From positions 235,320-299,319 of the forward strand of contig JAZDNT010000002.1 in the NCBI GenBank assembly GCA_043799405.1: a stretch of DNA of 64,000 nucleotides. The letters run 5' to 3'. The stretch is from Candidatus Kerfeldbacteria bacterium (GTDB lineage: Bacteria > Patescibacteriota > Patescibacteriia > SBBC01). Every line of letters begins with the position of its first letter. The first letter of the stretch is position 1. A program made the translations under genes and the position numbers. Under the pieces are notes generated by a model, which saw only the letters and a program-made list of their open reading frames with translations, ran no database searches and had not been told where the DNA came from. Below, piece by piece: positions 1 to 9,600 of this stretch.

Positions 1-1
1 A

Positions 2-640
2 ACGAACACGTGCGACCAGAGCGCTCCGAACCCGGTAGTGCTGCAGGTTCCGGCAACCTCGCCGCTCCACGGTTCGATCACTATCGTCATGTCGGCGCAG
101 GACGAATCGCTCGTTACATCGTTCGAGCTCTTCCGCGCTCCGAACATGCTCGTCGTGACCATACCCGTTCCTGCAACATTGTGCCAGTCAACAGGGCAGA
201 AGTACTCCTGCCAGATGACGTACTCCCTGAACACGAAGCTGTTCCCGAACGCCGCAATTAATCTTTTCGTCCGCGCGTTCGACGCGCTCGGCTACAGCGC
301 CGATTCCGGAATTAAGCTAATCAATGTTGATAATACCGTTCCGAAGGTCTCGAATGTTGCCGCGACGGCGTCAGAGGTTCCTGCTAATAGCGGTAACTGG
401 CAGGCGGCCATTACATGGGTAACGGATGTCGGGTCAGACTCCGCTGTTCAGTATGGAACCGAGGACGACGAAGGAAACTTCAAAGGCTATACCAACGATA
501 AAACCGGCGATGACCTCGGTGGGAACGATCTATTCAATCATACAGTGACCCTGACAAACCTTTCTGCCGGTCGCGTATACCACTACATGGTTACGTCATG
601 CCCGCAGAACGTTTCCGATCCTGACCGGTGCGGACACTAA
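2..640 (+). CDS. C-terminal part of a surface/secreted protein with an FN3-like beta-sandwich domain; the 5' end lies outside the window
   Basis: Frame 2 is open from nt 2, with no stop before the listed start at 38. It carries the pattern AITWVTDVGSDSAVQYGT...HTVTLTNLSAGRVYHYMV, which also recurs in the next gene. Stop TAA at 638-640, 8 nt before the next start. Confidence 0.6.
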   Translation, partial: TNTCDQSAPNPVVLQVPATSPLHGSITIVMSAQDESLVTSFELFRAPNMLVVTIPVPATLCQSTGQKYSCQMTYSLNTKLFPNAAINLFVRAFDALGYSADSGIKLINVDNTVPKVSNVAATASEVPANSGNWQAAITWVTDVGSDSAVQYGTEDDEGNFKGYTNDKTGDDLGGNDLFNHTVTLTNLSAGRVYHYMVTSCPQNVSDPDRCGH

Positions 641-647
641 GCATCAT

Positions 648-3600
648 ATGTTGACTAAAGCGCCATTGACGGCTCGAAAGAAGCTCACGCAGGTGAGACG
701 CATCGGAAGTTTTATCGTTGCGCTTATCGTCGTTGCAGTTCTGTTTACTGGTTCGCATCCATCGAATGCCCAGGTCGCGCCGACGATCACGCTCGTAACG
801 TCGAACTACGGCACTACAACCGCGACGTTCCAATGGACGACTGACGTTGCCGCTATGACGTCGATCCAGTGGCGCTTGAGCTCTACTGCAGTATGGGGAC
901 CGCTCGAAGAAGCCGAGGGTTCCTACCAGACAGACCATCAATACACGATTTCCAATTTAACGCCAAATACAAGTTACGTCATGAGGATCTATGCGGTTAC
1001 ACAAGACGATCCTCCGTTTACGGCGTACGGTCAGGAATTTGGTTTTACAACAACGACGGTTAACATCACGAACATCAAGATCGATCTCAACACGAAAAAG
1101 CTTTCGTGGACCACGAATGCTGCTGGTGCGAACGCTATCCATATAGGCAGGCGGTCAGGGTGGCTCAACTGCGGATTCAACGATGCCAACCAGGCAGCTG
1201 GCGATCATGGTGTGGACATACCAAACGCATGTGCATATGGGACCGATGAAGACGCCCCGGGTCATCCTGCAGTTCCACCAACGTTGGGGCTGGGGAATTC
1301 CTATCGGTATTTCTTCGAGATTGTTGTGTACCCCGATACCGGCGGGAGCTACGGAACAGGTCAGCACTACTTCTATACCGGGCCGATCACGATTACTGCC
1401 GGTCCGTCAACGCCGCAGGTTTTTGACCACGGCGCACAGTTCATCTGGACGACGAACATCGAGGGCTCGCACACGATACAGTACGGGACCCAGCCGGGCA
1501 ACTATACGACTACGTACGACTCCATCGTTACTCCCTCGATGAATCACAGCGTCACGATCCCCGGCGGTCTCGCATCCGGAACGATCTACTACTACCGGGT
1601 GATCTCGAAGACGAGAGCGGACATTACGAGCGTCCCCGTTTCGTACGACGCTATTAGCGGCGAATTCAGTTTCACAACGTCCGGTATTGCCCCGGGAACG
1701 CCGCTTCTCTTTAATTCAGGACCCGATGCCCTTGCGACGTCGAACGAGGCTACGATCTCCTTTACGACGAACATCCCGACGACCGCGCTCGTTGAGTTCA
1801 ACGTGAACCCGGGGCTCTCGCCAGATGCGAAGTCATCCGGATACACGCAGATGTGCAATGATCCGCAGGTGTGTGTTGCGCCTGGCGTTCCGAAGTGGGT
1901 GAGTACGGTCGCTGGTACATCGTACAGCATAACGATAACCGGTCTTACCACGCCAAACCGCGACTACTACTACCGCGTAACGGTTCGGGACGCGAGCGGG
2001 AGGCTGCTCGGTACCGGCGTACTGAAGTTCAAGACGACCCTAAGCCCCTTTGACCACAAGTTCTCAACCGGAAACTGTTCGGATGGAACCGAGATCGGTA
2101 AGTGCAACGCCGAGGGGATGTACTGCCGGCCAGGAGGCATTGGACCGGTGTACGACTGCCGGCCGAGCAACAAGGACTGTCCCTATGAGTGTCCGCAGGG
2201 TTCGACCTGCGTCGATACGGGCGACTGCATCAATGACCCATCGCCCGGCGATTCGTTAACGTCCTGCAACCCGAAGTCGTGCTACATGAAGTGCAACAGC
2301 GTAAGCGGAGACATGGCGGGCAAGCGCTGCAGCTTCGATACAGACTGCAACGGCGGAAAGTGCATTGTCAGCTCTTTCGTAACGCCGGCTGGCCCCGGTT
2401 GCTATAAGTCATGGTCTTCCTGCGACGCGAACGTCGTCCTGAAGGTACGGCCCGACCGCGTCTGCAACAAGTGGTACACCTGCAAGACGGCGTTCCAGAC
2501 GGTCGGTTCCGGCGGGAAGGCGCAGTCCCAGTGCATGGACCTCACTATCTGCGATTCGCTGTCCCCGAACGGACAGTGCAACGACGTGCTGGAAGGCAGG
2601 CAGTGCTCGAACGATCCGCTCCGCTTCTGCAAGGACGATACTGACTGCATTGGCGCGACAGCGACCTGTCTCCCGGAAGGCACGCACAAGACAATGACCT
2701 ACAAGACGCCGGAGGAGGTATCGAACATCAAGGGATTCACCGGCTACGCGTTCGCCGGCCTTGACTGGCACTCGGCGTATATGTGGGACAAGAACGTTAT
2801 CGTCCCGACACCGGCGAAGATCGAAGGCCGTTTCCCCCTCTCTGTTGCAGACCAGATCGGTACGAAGGCAACGGTCACGAACGGAGACTTCGAGGATTAT
2901 GGCATTTCGCTCAAGTGCGCGAAGAAGCAGACCGTGCCTTGTACGCTCAATGCGTTGCCGATATCAGACGAGCCGGGTTCATGTATTGCAAACGATGTTG
3001 ATTATGGTCCCTGCGTCGTCATCCGCGACCTGCAGGCGCTCATTGCAAAGTACTGGAAAACGGTCGACCTTAAGGGCTCTTCGAGCAAGCCCCTTTTTAC
3101 GATCGATACAGAAGGATCGAAAGCAACGCTGAACCAGGTGCTGAAGATCACGCCGACCGACCTTGCTGGAACCGGCGCAATGACGACAAATCTCATGGGT
3201 ATCCAGACGAGCGCGAACGTCGAGTACCTCATTAGCGTCCGGATGAGGTCGAAGAACGACGGCCAGCTCGTGCAGGCAAGCTTCGTGAACTCAACAGGCG
3301 ACGAGAAATACTTCCCGATGGAGACGCTCGGCACGGCGTGGCAGACGTACCTGATGGGTCCGGTCGAAGGCCTCGGCGGGAACGATACGTCCATCGCGTT
3401 CAAGACGGTGAACCAGAGCAACGAGGCGATACCGTTCTGGATCGACGACCTGAAGATACTGCCGGCGCTCCTCGTAAGCGACGTCGAGAAAATCCCGGAA
3501 AGCTGCAGGCTCTTCCCGAACAGCTCGTCGCCGAAGTGCGACTACGTCGATTCTGCGAGCATTTCGTACCGCGGCATGAAGGGCTACTGCCTTGAGCGGG

Positions 3601-6600
3601 ATCCCTTGAACACCGCCGTCTGCCTGACGTGGTGGCCTGTTGACATCATCGCAGGGGACAACATCTTCGGGCAGGACGCGAGCGCCGGATACAATGACCG
3701 TCAGCCGCTCTACGCCTGCATGGAGTCTGTGGGGCAGTGGAATAAACCTGATCCTCTCACCGGTGATACGACATTCGTCGCCGGTGAACGAACCCGCGCT
3801 ATGCAATGTGAACCTGAGAGCGCGTATGTGCCGAAGTCTCCGTTGTGTGATCAGCCGTTTCAGAATTACCGCATGATGGCGACTGAGGCAGATCTATGGG
3901 TTGACAAAGGCGATCAACATGCTGAAAACTGCGCTGAGACCGTGGAAAATGTACCCGCATGCCGCGATGGCAATCAGCGAGGGTTTTGCGCTTGCTACGG
4001 CGGCGGAAGTGGCGGGTGGTTCGACACCTCGGCTCTTCTCGATAGCACGAGCGACCGGAACCCTGATCAGGACATCCATGAGTACGAGGTCGAGTATTTC
4101 AGGGTGACCAAATTGCGTTTTACCAGTCTGTTTAGTGGTGTGCCCGAATTAATCCTCAATAAAGCGAATGGGTGGCGCGCATTTTGGGGTATGGATCCGA
4201 ACGGAACAAGAACATCGGAGCTGGGTAACCAGGGTGGTACAGGCCTGTGTCATGGCTTAGAAATTATACTTGAGTGGGACGCGAACGACAAGCACCTTAA
4301 GAGAGTTAAATTCTATCTCCAGTCGTGTATGGCGTATGGAAATGACGACAATGATGACCACGGGATTTTTGCGATCGGACTGTTCTTCATGAAAGAGCAG
4401 TGTACGAAGCTCGTACAGGTCGCGACCGATACTGGGACGGCTGCATGGACAGACAGGACGTCTAAGTCAGGGACGTACGTCATACCGGGCCTGAACTACC
4501 GCTACATCAGCGATATGCCGCCGGTCGGCACGGTTGCTCCTCCGAGTGCGCTGCTCCCGCCTGACCAGTGGACGAACGGCGTCGACCCAGCCGCGCTCTT
4601 GAGCGTCGAGTCTCCGGATACGACGAAGACGTATCCGTACCAGATTAGAGCAGGCATGACGTATGCGTGCGCCGGCAACTGCAGCGGGAGGATGTGCACG
4701 AACGCGCAAGGCGCGAAGATGGGCGCTGGGTGCTTTACGTCCGACGATTGCACTGATTCGAGCCTTACTCCGCCGGTATTCGGTAAGTGCGTCGGGAGCG
4801 GAACCTGCGCTGTGTACGATCCAGACCTCAACAGGTACACGTACCAGACGACAGATCCAGACAATCTTCTCCCGGACCGGAAAGCGCCGCAGCCCTGCAC
4901 GTATGACTACTCGGGCGGAAAGCGTTGCAACGCGAACAGCGGCAAACGCGCCGGAACAACATGCCGCGCAGATTCTGACTGTCAGTACTCTATTGGCCGC
5001 TGCATCAACCCCGGGGCGAGCGGCTACTGTGATGCGAACAGCGGCCAGAAGGCCGGCTTCCTCTGCGGGAGCGACGATATCTGCAAACAGACGTACGACG
5101 GAAAGTGCGTGAACGCAGGAAAGGCGTGTACTGCAGCGAGCGGAGCAAAAGCGAACGCGCCCTGCTCTTCGAACAACGACTGTTCTTCCTCTGCCGGAGT
5201 CTGTACGACAAAACATTGCGACGCAGCGAGCGGTCCCGCGCTCTATGATTCTATATCGGGTGTTGGCGCTGCGTGTACTCAGCCTTCCGACTGCACGAAG
5301 AGCTACATCGGCCAGTGCGTAGGAGGAACGTGCGACGCAGCGAGCGGTCCGAACGCAGGCAAGGCATGCGACGTTGACCCGTCAGTATGCCAGGTAACGG
5401 CCGTTGGCGCGTGTCAAGATACCGGCGTGAACCATTGTGATATGTATTCTACTGTTCCCGGCAAAACCCCCTGTGCGCAGAACACTGACTGCGCAAAGGT
5501 AGTGCAGGGGCAGTGCATTGACGCGCCAATGGGGTGTCCCGTTGGCGAACTCTGCTGCGACTACCGCGATGAAGTGTGCGTTGGCGGATTCGCGTCGTCG
5601 AAGGGAGCGCAGTCGGTTGACACGAGCGGTAATCCGCCATCGCTTACCTGCGTAACTACCGAGGCGTTGTTCAACGGAAAGCCGTGCAGGACGAAAGCTG
5701 ATTGCGGTTTGCAAGTGAACAGGGCTTGCACGGGCAACAGGGAGTACTTCGGCGAGTATCAGATCATGCGGCTTTTCGCACAAGCGTACTCATACTGGGT
5801 CTGGGACGCTCGCTACTCAAAATATACAAGAGCGGATTACGTCTGTACCAACGCGGGGTCCTTTTCTGGACTCGCATGCGATCCCACGAACACTCCCCCA
5901 AATTTTGCCTGTAATTCTAGAGGGAGCTGCAGTAAGCAGGAGTTCTGGAACCCGCCGACGAGGGTCTGTAAAGCATGCAACGGCGGCACGTATGTGAACT
6001 ACGCGTGTACCGTGCAGACTCCGGCAAAGTCGTTTGACGATTCCTGCCCCGGTGCAACGAACGCGAGGTGCGTTGCAACGCAGAACCATCCGTCCCAGAA
6101 CGCACGGGCGCTCACGGCTGACGCGAACGCCGACTACTGCGCTGTAAAGCCGAAGTTCATAAGCATCGAGAGCGCTAACAAGTCGGCGCTCATCGATGAG
6201 GGCAGCATCTTCATCCTAAAGTTCAACGTCTCCGTTAACGACGAACAGCTGCCATTGACGCAGGTCGATATCGACTGGGGCGACGGGAATATGACGTCGG
6301 ACGGGCCGCTCCGTATAGCGCCGCGTGAGGACCCGAAGTTCCCGCATGCCTACACGCACACGTACCACTGCAGCGGTAAAGGCGGCGTCTGCGATCCCTA
6401 CTACATTAAGGTCAGGGTCAAGGATGGCTGGGGCTGGTGCAGCAATGGGACCGACAAGTACCTTACGACCCCCGCATGCAGCGACGGGCAGTGCAGGTGC
6501 GGCGACGAATCGCAGGCGTGCTGCGGCGTGGCTAACGGGAGGTGCGATCGGGGAACGCCCGGAAAGTGCTCTAGTGGGTTACGTGCTGACCTTGCATGCA

Positions 6601-6659
6601 CGAGCGACTCTGATTGCCTTGCGTGGGAGAACGGTCCGATCATTCAGGTGATCCACTAG
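648..6659 (+). CDS. Giant (2003 aa) Cys-rich surface protein: N-terminal signal-anchor, several FN3-like modules, a long Cys-rich region, and a C-terminal PKD-like module
   Basis: ATG start. N-terminus is KK..RR followed by hydrophobic IGSFIVALIVVAVLF. There are four or more repeats of the W-TT....I.YG...Y.....L.P.T.Y.YR type. The Cys-rich region has tandem modules. The C-terminus reads VDIDWGDGNMT...HAYTHTYHC...YYIKVRVKDGWG, which is PKD-like. One uninterrupted 6 kb ORF. Confidence 0.85.
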   Translation: MLTKAPLTARKKLTQVRRIGSFIVALIVVAVLFTGSHPSNAQVAPTITLVTSNYGTTTATFQWTTDVAAMTSIQWRLSSTAVWGPLEEAEGSYQTDHQYTISNLTPNTSYVMRIYAVTQDDPPFTAYGQEFGFTTTTVNITNIKIDLNTKKLSWTTNAAGANAIHIGRRSGWLNCGFNDANQAAGDHGVDIPNACAYGTDEDAPGHPAVPPTLGLGNSYRYFFEIVVYPDTGGSYGTGQHYFYTGPITITAGPSTPQVFDHGAQFIWTTNIEGSHTIQYGTQPGNYTTTYDSIVTPSMNHSVTIPGGLASGTIYYYRVISKTRADITSVPVSYDAISGEFSFTTSGIAPGTPLLFNSGPDALATSNEATISFTTNIPTTALVEFNVNPGLSPDAKSSGYTQMCNDPQVCVAPGVPKWVSTVAGTSYSITITGLTTPNRDYYYRVTVRDASGRLLGTGVLKFKTTLSPFDHKFSTGNCSDGTEIGKCNAEGMYCRPGGIGPVYDCRPSNKDCPYECPQGSTCVDTGDCINDPSPGDSLTSCNPKSCYMKCNSVSGDMAGKRCSFDTDCNGGKCIVSSFVTPAGPGCYKSWSSCDANVVLKVRPDRVCNKWYTCKTAFQTVGSGGKAQSQCMDLTICDSLSPNGQCNDVLEGRQCSNDPLRFCKDDTDCIGATATCLPEGTHKTMTYKTPEEVSNIKGFTGYAFAGLDWHSAYMWDKNVIVPTPAKIEGRFPLSVADQIGTKATVTNGDFEDYGISLKCAKKQTVPCTLNALPISDEPGSCIANDVDYGPCVVIRDLQALIAKYWKTVDLKGSSSKPLFTIDTEGSKATLNQVLKITPTDLAGTGAMTTNLMGIQTSANVEYLISVRMRSKNDGQLVQASFVNSTGDEKYFPMETLGTAWQTYLMGPVEGLGGNDTSIAFKTVNQSNEAIPFWIDDLKILPALLVSDVEKIPESCRLFPNSSSPKCDYVDSASISYRGMKGYCLERDPLNTAVCLTWWPVDIIAGDNIFGQDASAGYNDRQPLYACMESVGQWNKPDPLTGDTTFVAGERTRAMQCEPESAYVPKSPLCDQPFQNYRMMATEADLWVDKGDQHAENCAETVENVPACRDGNQRGFCACYGGGSGGWFDTSALLDSTSDRNPDQDIHEYEVEYFRVTKLRFTSLFSGVPELILNKANGWRAFWGMDPNGTRTSELGNQGGTGLCHGLEIILEWDANDKHLKRVKFYLQSCMAYGNDDNDDHGIFAIGLFFMKEQCTKLVQVATDTGTAAWTDRTSKSGTYVIPGLNYRYISDMPPVGTVAPPSALLPPDQWTNGVDPAALLSVESPDTTKTYPYQIRAGMTYACAGNCSGRMCTNAQGAKMGAGCFTSDDCTDSSLTPPVFGKCVGSGTCAVYDPDLNRYTYQTTDPDNLLPDRKAPQPCTYDYSGGKRCNANSGKRAGTTCRADSDCQYSIGRCINPGASGYCDANSGQKAGFLCGSDDICKQTYDGKCVNAGKACTAASGAKANAPCSSNNDCSSSAGVCTTKHCDAASGPALYDSISGVGAACTQPSDCTKSYIGQCVGGTCDAASGPNAGKACDVDPSVCQVTAVGACQDTGVNHCDMYSTVPGKTPCAQNTDCAKVVQGQCIDAPMGCPVGELCCDYRDEVCVGGFASSKGAQSVDTSGNPPSLTCVTTEALFNGKPCRTKADCGLQVNRACTGNREYFGEYQIMRLFAQAYSYWVWDARYSKYTRADYVCTNAGSFSGLACDPTNTPPNFACNSRGSCSKQEFWNPPTRVCKACNGGTYVNYACTVQTPAKSFDDSCPGATNARCVATQNHPSQNARALTADANADYCAVKPKFISIESANKSALIDEGSIFILKFNVSVNDEQLPLTQVDIDWGDGNMTSDGPLRIAPREDPKFPHAYTHTYHCSGKGGVCDPYYIKVRVKDGWGWCSNGTDKYLTTPACSDGQCRCGDESQACCGVANGRCDRGTPGKCSSGLRADLACTSDSDCLAWENGPIIQVIH
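4693..5523 (+). repeat. Tandem array of about 7 Cys-rich modules of about 30 aa, inside the giant gene
   Basis: Consecutive units: CTNAQGAKMGAGCFTSDDC..GKC, CNANSGKRAGTTCRADSDCQYSIGRC, CDANSGQKAGFLCGSDDICKQTYDGKC, CTAASGAKANAPCSSNNDCSSSAGVC, CDAASGP..GAACTQPSDCTKSYIGQC, CDAASGPNAGKACDVDPSVCQVTAVGAC, CDMYSTVPGKTPCAQNTDCAKVVQGQC. Confidence 0.7.
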
Positions 6660-6660
6660 C

Positions 6661-9600
6661 ATGCGCGACACCGCAATCAACTTCATTCGTCGCAACAAGC
6701 GTCCCTTGATGGGGACGTTCGTCGGTGTGGCGATCGCTGTTGTCGTACTGACCGCGCCGCACATCGCTTTCGCAACCTGGCAGGACAACATGATGGGATT
6801 CCTCTCATGGATCGTGTACGGGCTCATCCAGCTCCTCGCGAGCCTTCTCGTCGTCGTCATTAACATCATGGTCAGCGTTGCGCAGTACAGTAAGTTCATC
6901 GGCGTTCCCGCGGTCGAGAAGGGCTGGGCGATCGTCCGTGACGTCTGTAACATGTTCTTCATCGTCGTGCTCCTGATCATCGCGTTCGGTACCATCTTGC
7001 GCATCGAGAACTACCGCTACAACCGCCTGCTCGCGCGGCTCATCGTCATGGCGGTTCTCGTGAACTTCTCGAAGTTCATCGCAGCGTTCTTCATCGACTT
7101 TGCGCAGGTCATCATGCTGACGTTCGTGAACGCCTGGCGTGACATCGCCGCTGGTAACATCACGTCCGCGCTGGGCTTGGAGCAGATCGTCTCTCTGTCG
7201 AACGCGCAGCATAACCTTCAAGACATTTCAGTGAGCTCCGGTACGATATTCACCGCGCTGCTGCTCGGATTATTCCTCGTTACCATAGCGGTCATTGTCA
7301 TGGTCGTCATTGCGATCGTGCTCATCCTCCGCATCCTTGCGCTCTGGTTCCTGATCGTCCTTTCGCCGCTCGCCTTCCTCCTTAAGACCTACCCCTCGAC
7401 AGAGAAGTACGCGTCTCGCTGGTGGCAGGAGTTCGGAAAGTACGTCGTATCAGGTCCTGTTGTCGCTTTTTTGCTGTGGTTAACGCTCGCGATCATCACC
7501 TCCCCGACGAATTTAAGTTCGGACGTCTTTAAAGCGAACCCGTCGAGCGGAAAAGAGACGACAGAGATTATCACCGGGGACGTCGGGGACGAATCAACTC
7601 CGGAATCACGCATCGCCGTTTCGATCAGCGCGATCGGAAAGTCGGAAAATCTCCTTAATTATCTCATCGGAATCATGCTGCTCGTCGGAACGCTCGTCAT
7701 AACGAAGGAGCTCGGCGTCGCAGGAGGCCAGCTCGCCGGACAGATGGCTACACGGATACAAGGTTTTGCAACGAAAGCCGCTACGCTCGCCGGCGCCGGT
7801 ATCGCGACGGGGGGCTTAGCAGCTCCCGCGGCAATGATGGGCGGAAAACGTACGGTCCAACTCGCGAAAACGGCCGTCACGACGCCGCTCAAAGGTATGC
7901 GCGGCGGATTGCGTAACTTCATCGAATCCCGTACCGGTCTTGCGATCCACCCCCAGGAGTGGATGGAAAAGATAAGGGAGGTTGGAAAGGAACACCGTCA
8001 GGAGGCTCTTGACCGCAGGAACGGCATTGCTTCGCGGCGTCTCCAGGGTGGTATCAAGGAGGTCGCAGTAAAGAAATGGCAATTTGTGAAAGGAAAAGGC
8101 CTGAGACGTGTTGCGACCGGCGAAATGGAAACGAGGCAGATACAGGCCCATCCGCGCATTGGCGCCCTTGGCATGCCGGCAACAGCCTGGCGGCATAAAT
8201 GGCAGCTCATGGCGCCCGGAGCTGGTGCAAGGTTTAACGACTTGTCCTTGCTTGCATACAATGAACGTAAAGAACTCGAGGCATCAGAAAAACGGCTCGC
8301 GTTGCGGAAGCAAGGAAGGGATATACGAAAGTACGGCGCGCAGTCGATCGCAGAACGGATGATCCAGGCGCGGATCGATAGACGCACAGCGGAAATCGCA
8401 GCACGACGCGCAGCGAATCCGCAAGGAATGGAAAACCGCGAGGTCGAAGTCGATAAGCGAGGCAGAATGACGCCTAAAGCCGGCGGCAAGACGTTCGATG
8501 AGGTTATTGCAGCCGAAGAGAAGGCGCGTGGAATGAAATACACTCCTGAAGAGCTCTCGGAGAGGAATAAGAAGTGGAATCAGGAAAGAGCCGAATTGAA
8601 TATAAAGCGCGCACAGCAGAGACTGGAAAGGACCAAGCGGGAGAGCGAGATCCGCGATATCCTTAGCAACGCGGCAACGCGGACCTCAAGTCCGTACTAC
8701 TATCAGATTAAGAAGAAGGGTGATAAGGAAAAGGGCGAAAAGGAGAAAGAGGAAAAGGTCACGTACCAAGATGAATTGGATGAAAAGTTGAAAAAAGCGA
8801 AACCCAAAGACAGAGAATTAACGCCGGACGAAATAGCTAAAATTGAAGAAGAGCATAGAAGCGAGTGGGCCGAGGAACAGGCAGAAAAAAGTCTTTTGCA
8901 GGAAGGAGCGTACCACCGGCCGATGGAAACGATGCTCGCGAATGAACAGAAAGGCATTGAAGATACAACTTCCCCCGAACGGCTCGAGGAGGTCGGGCAG
9001 CAGGAAATCGAACAGAAGCTGAAAGAGATCGCAGATGATCTTGAAAAGGCGCGGAAAGGCCTGTTGACGTCGAGCCAGATTAAGCAAAAAGAGGAAGAAC
9101 GAGGTAAGCTCGCTGGGGAAATACTCGGTCTCAAGGGCGCCATCAACGATCATGAGACCGGGACGGTCAAGCTCGATGAGGCGACATTAAAAGAGATGGA
9201 GCGAAGACTGAAAGAGAAGGGAGGACAGGACGGTGTACTTGAGGCGCAGCTGAAGAAAGGTGAGGGTGACGATAAGGATAAAGAAGCAGCGAAAGAGCAG
9301 ATAAAAACGCTCGGACAGACGCAGGATACGCTGAACGCGATCAGAAATGGACCCGCGAGCGAAGTAGAGCTCCGGACGCTCGAAGAGGCGGTTAAGGCAC
9401 AGCGTACAAAGGTACAGGACGCGGATAAGGCAGTCGCGATGGTGCGGCCGCCCGTACCGTTCGAAGCGCAGCGCGAGCTCCGCGATTCCATAAAAGAAAA
9501 GGAGAAGCATCTCCTGACCGACAGCTGGCATGAGCACGCGGCCGTGTTCGAGGATGCGCTCCGGAAAGGCGACGCTGCACTCGCTGCAGCCGCACTCTCT

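Noticed and set aside
4467-5216. 249-aa minus-strand ORF, along with many similar antisense or alternate-frame ORFs: 9187-10179(-), 18114-18899(-), 22242-22949(-), 48321-48974(-), 61656-62579(-), 20529-21167(+), 27653-28354(+).
   Set aside because: They lie entirely inside long, motif-supported genes on the other strand or frame. They have Arg/Ser/Pro/Ala-skewed low-complexity composition, typical of shadow ORFs in GC-rich coding DNA, and carry no recognisable motifs.
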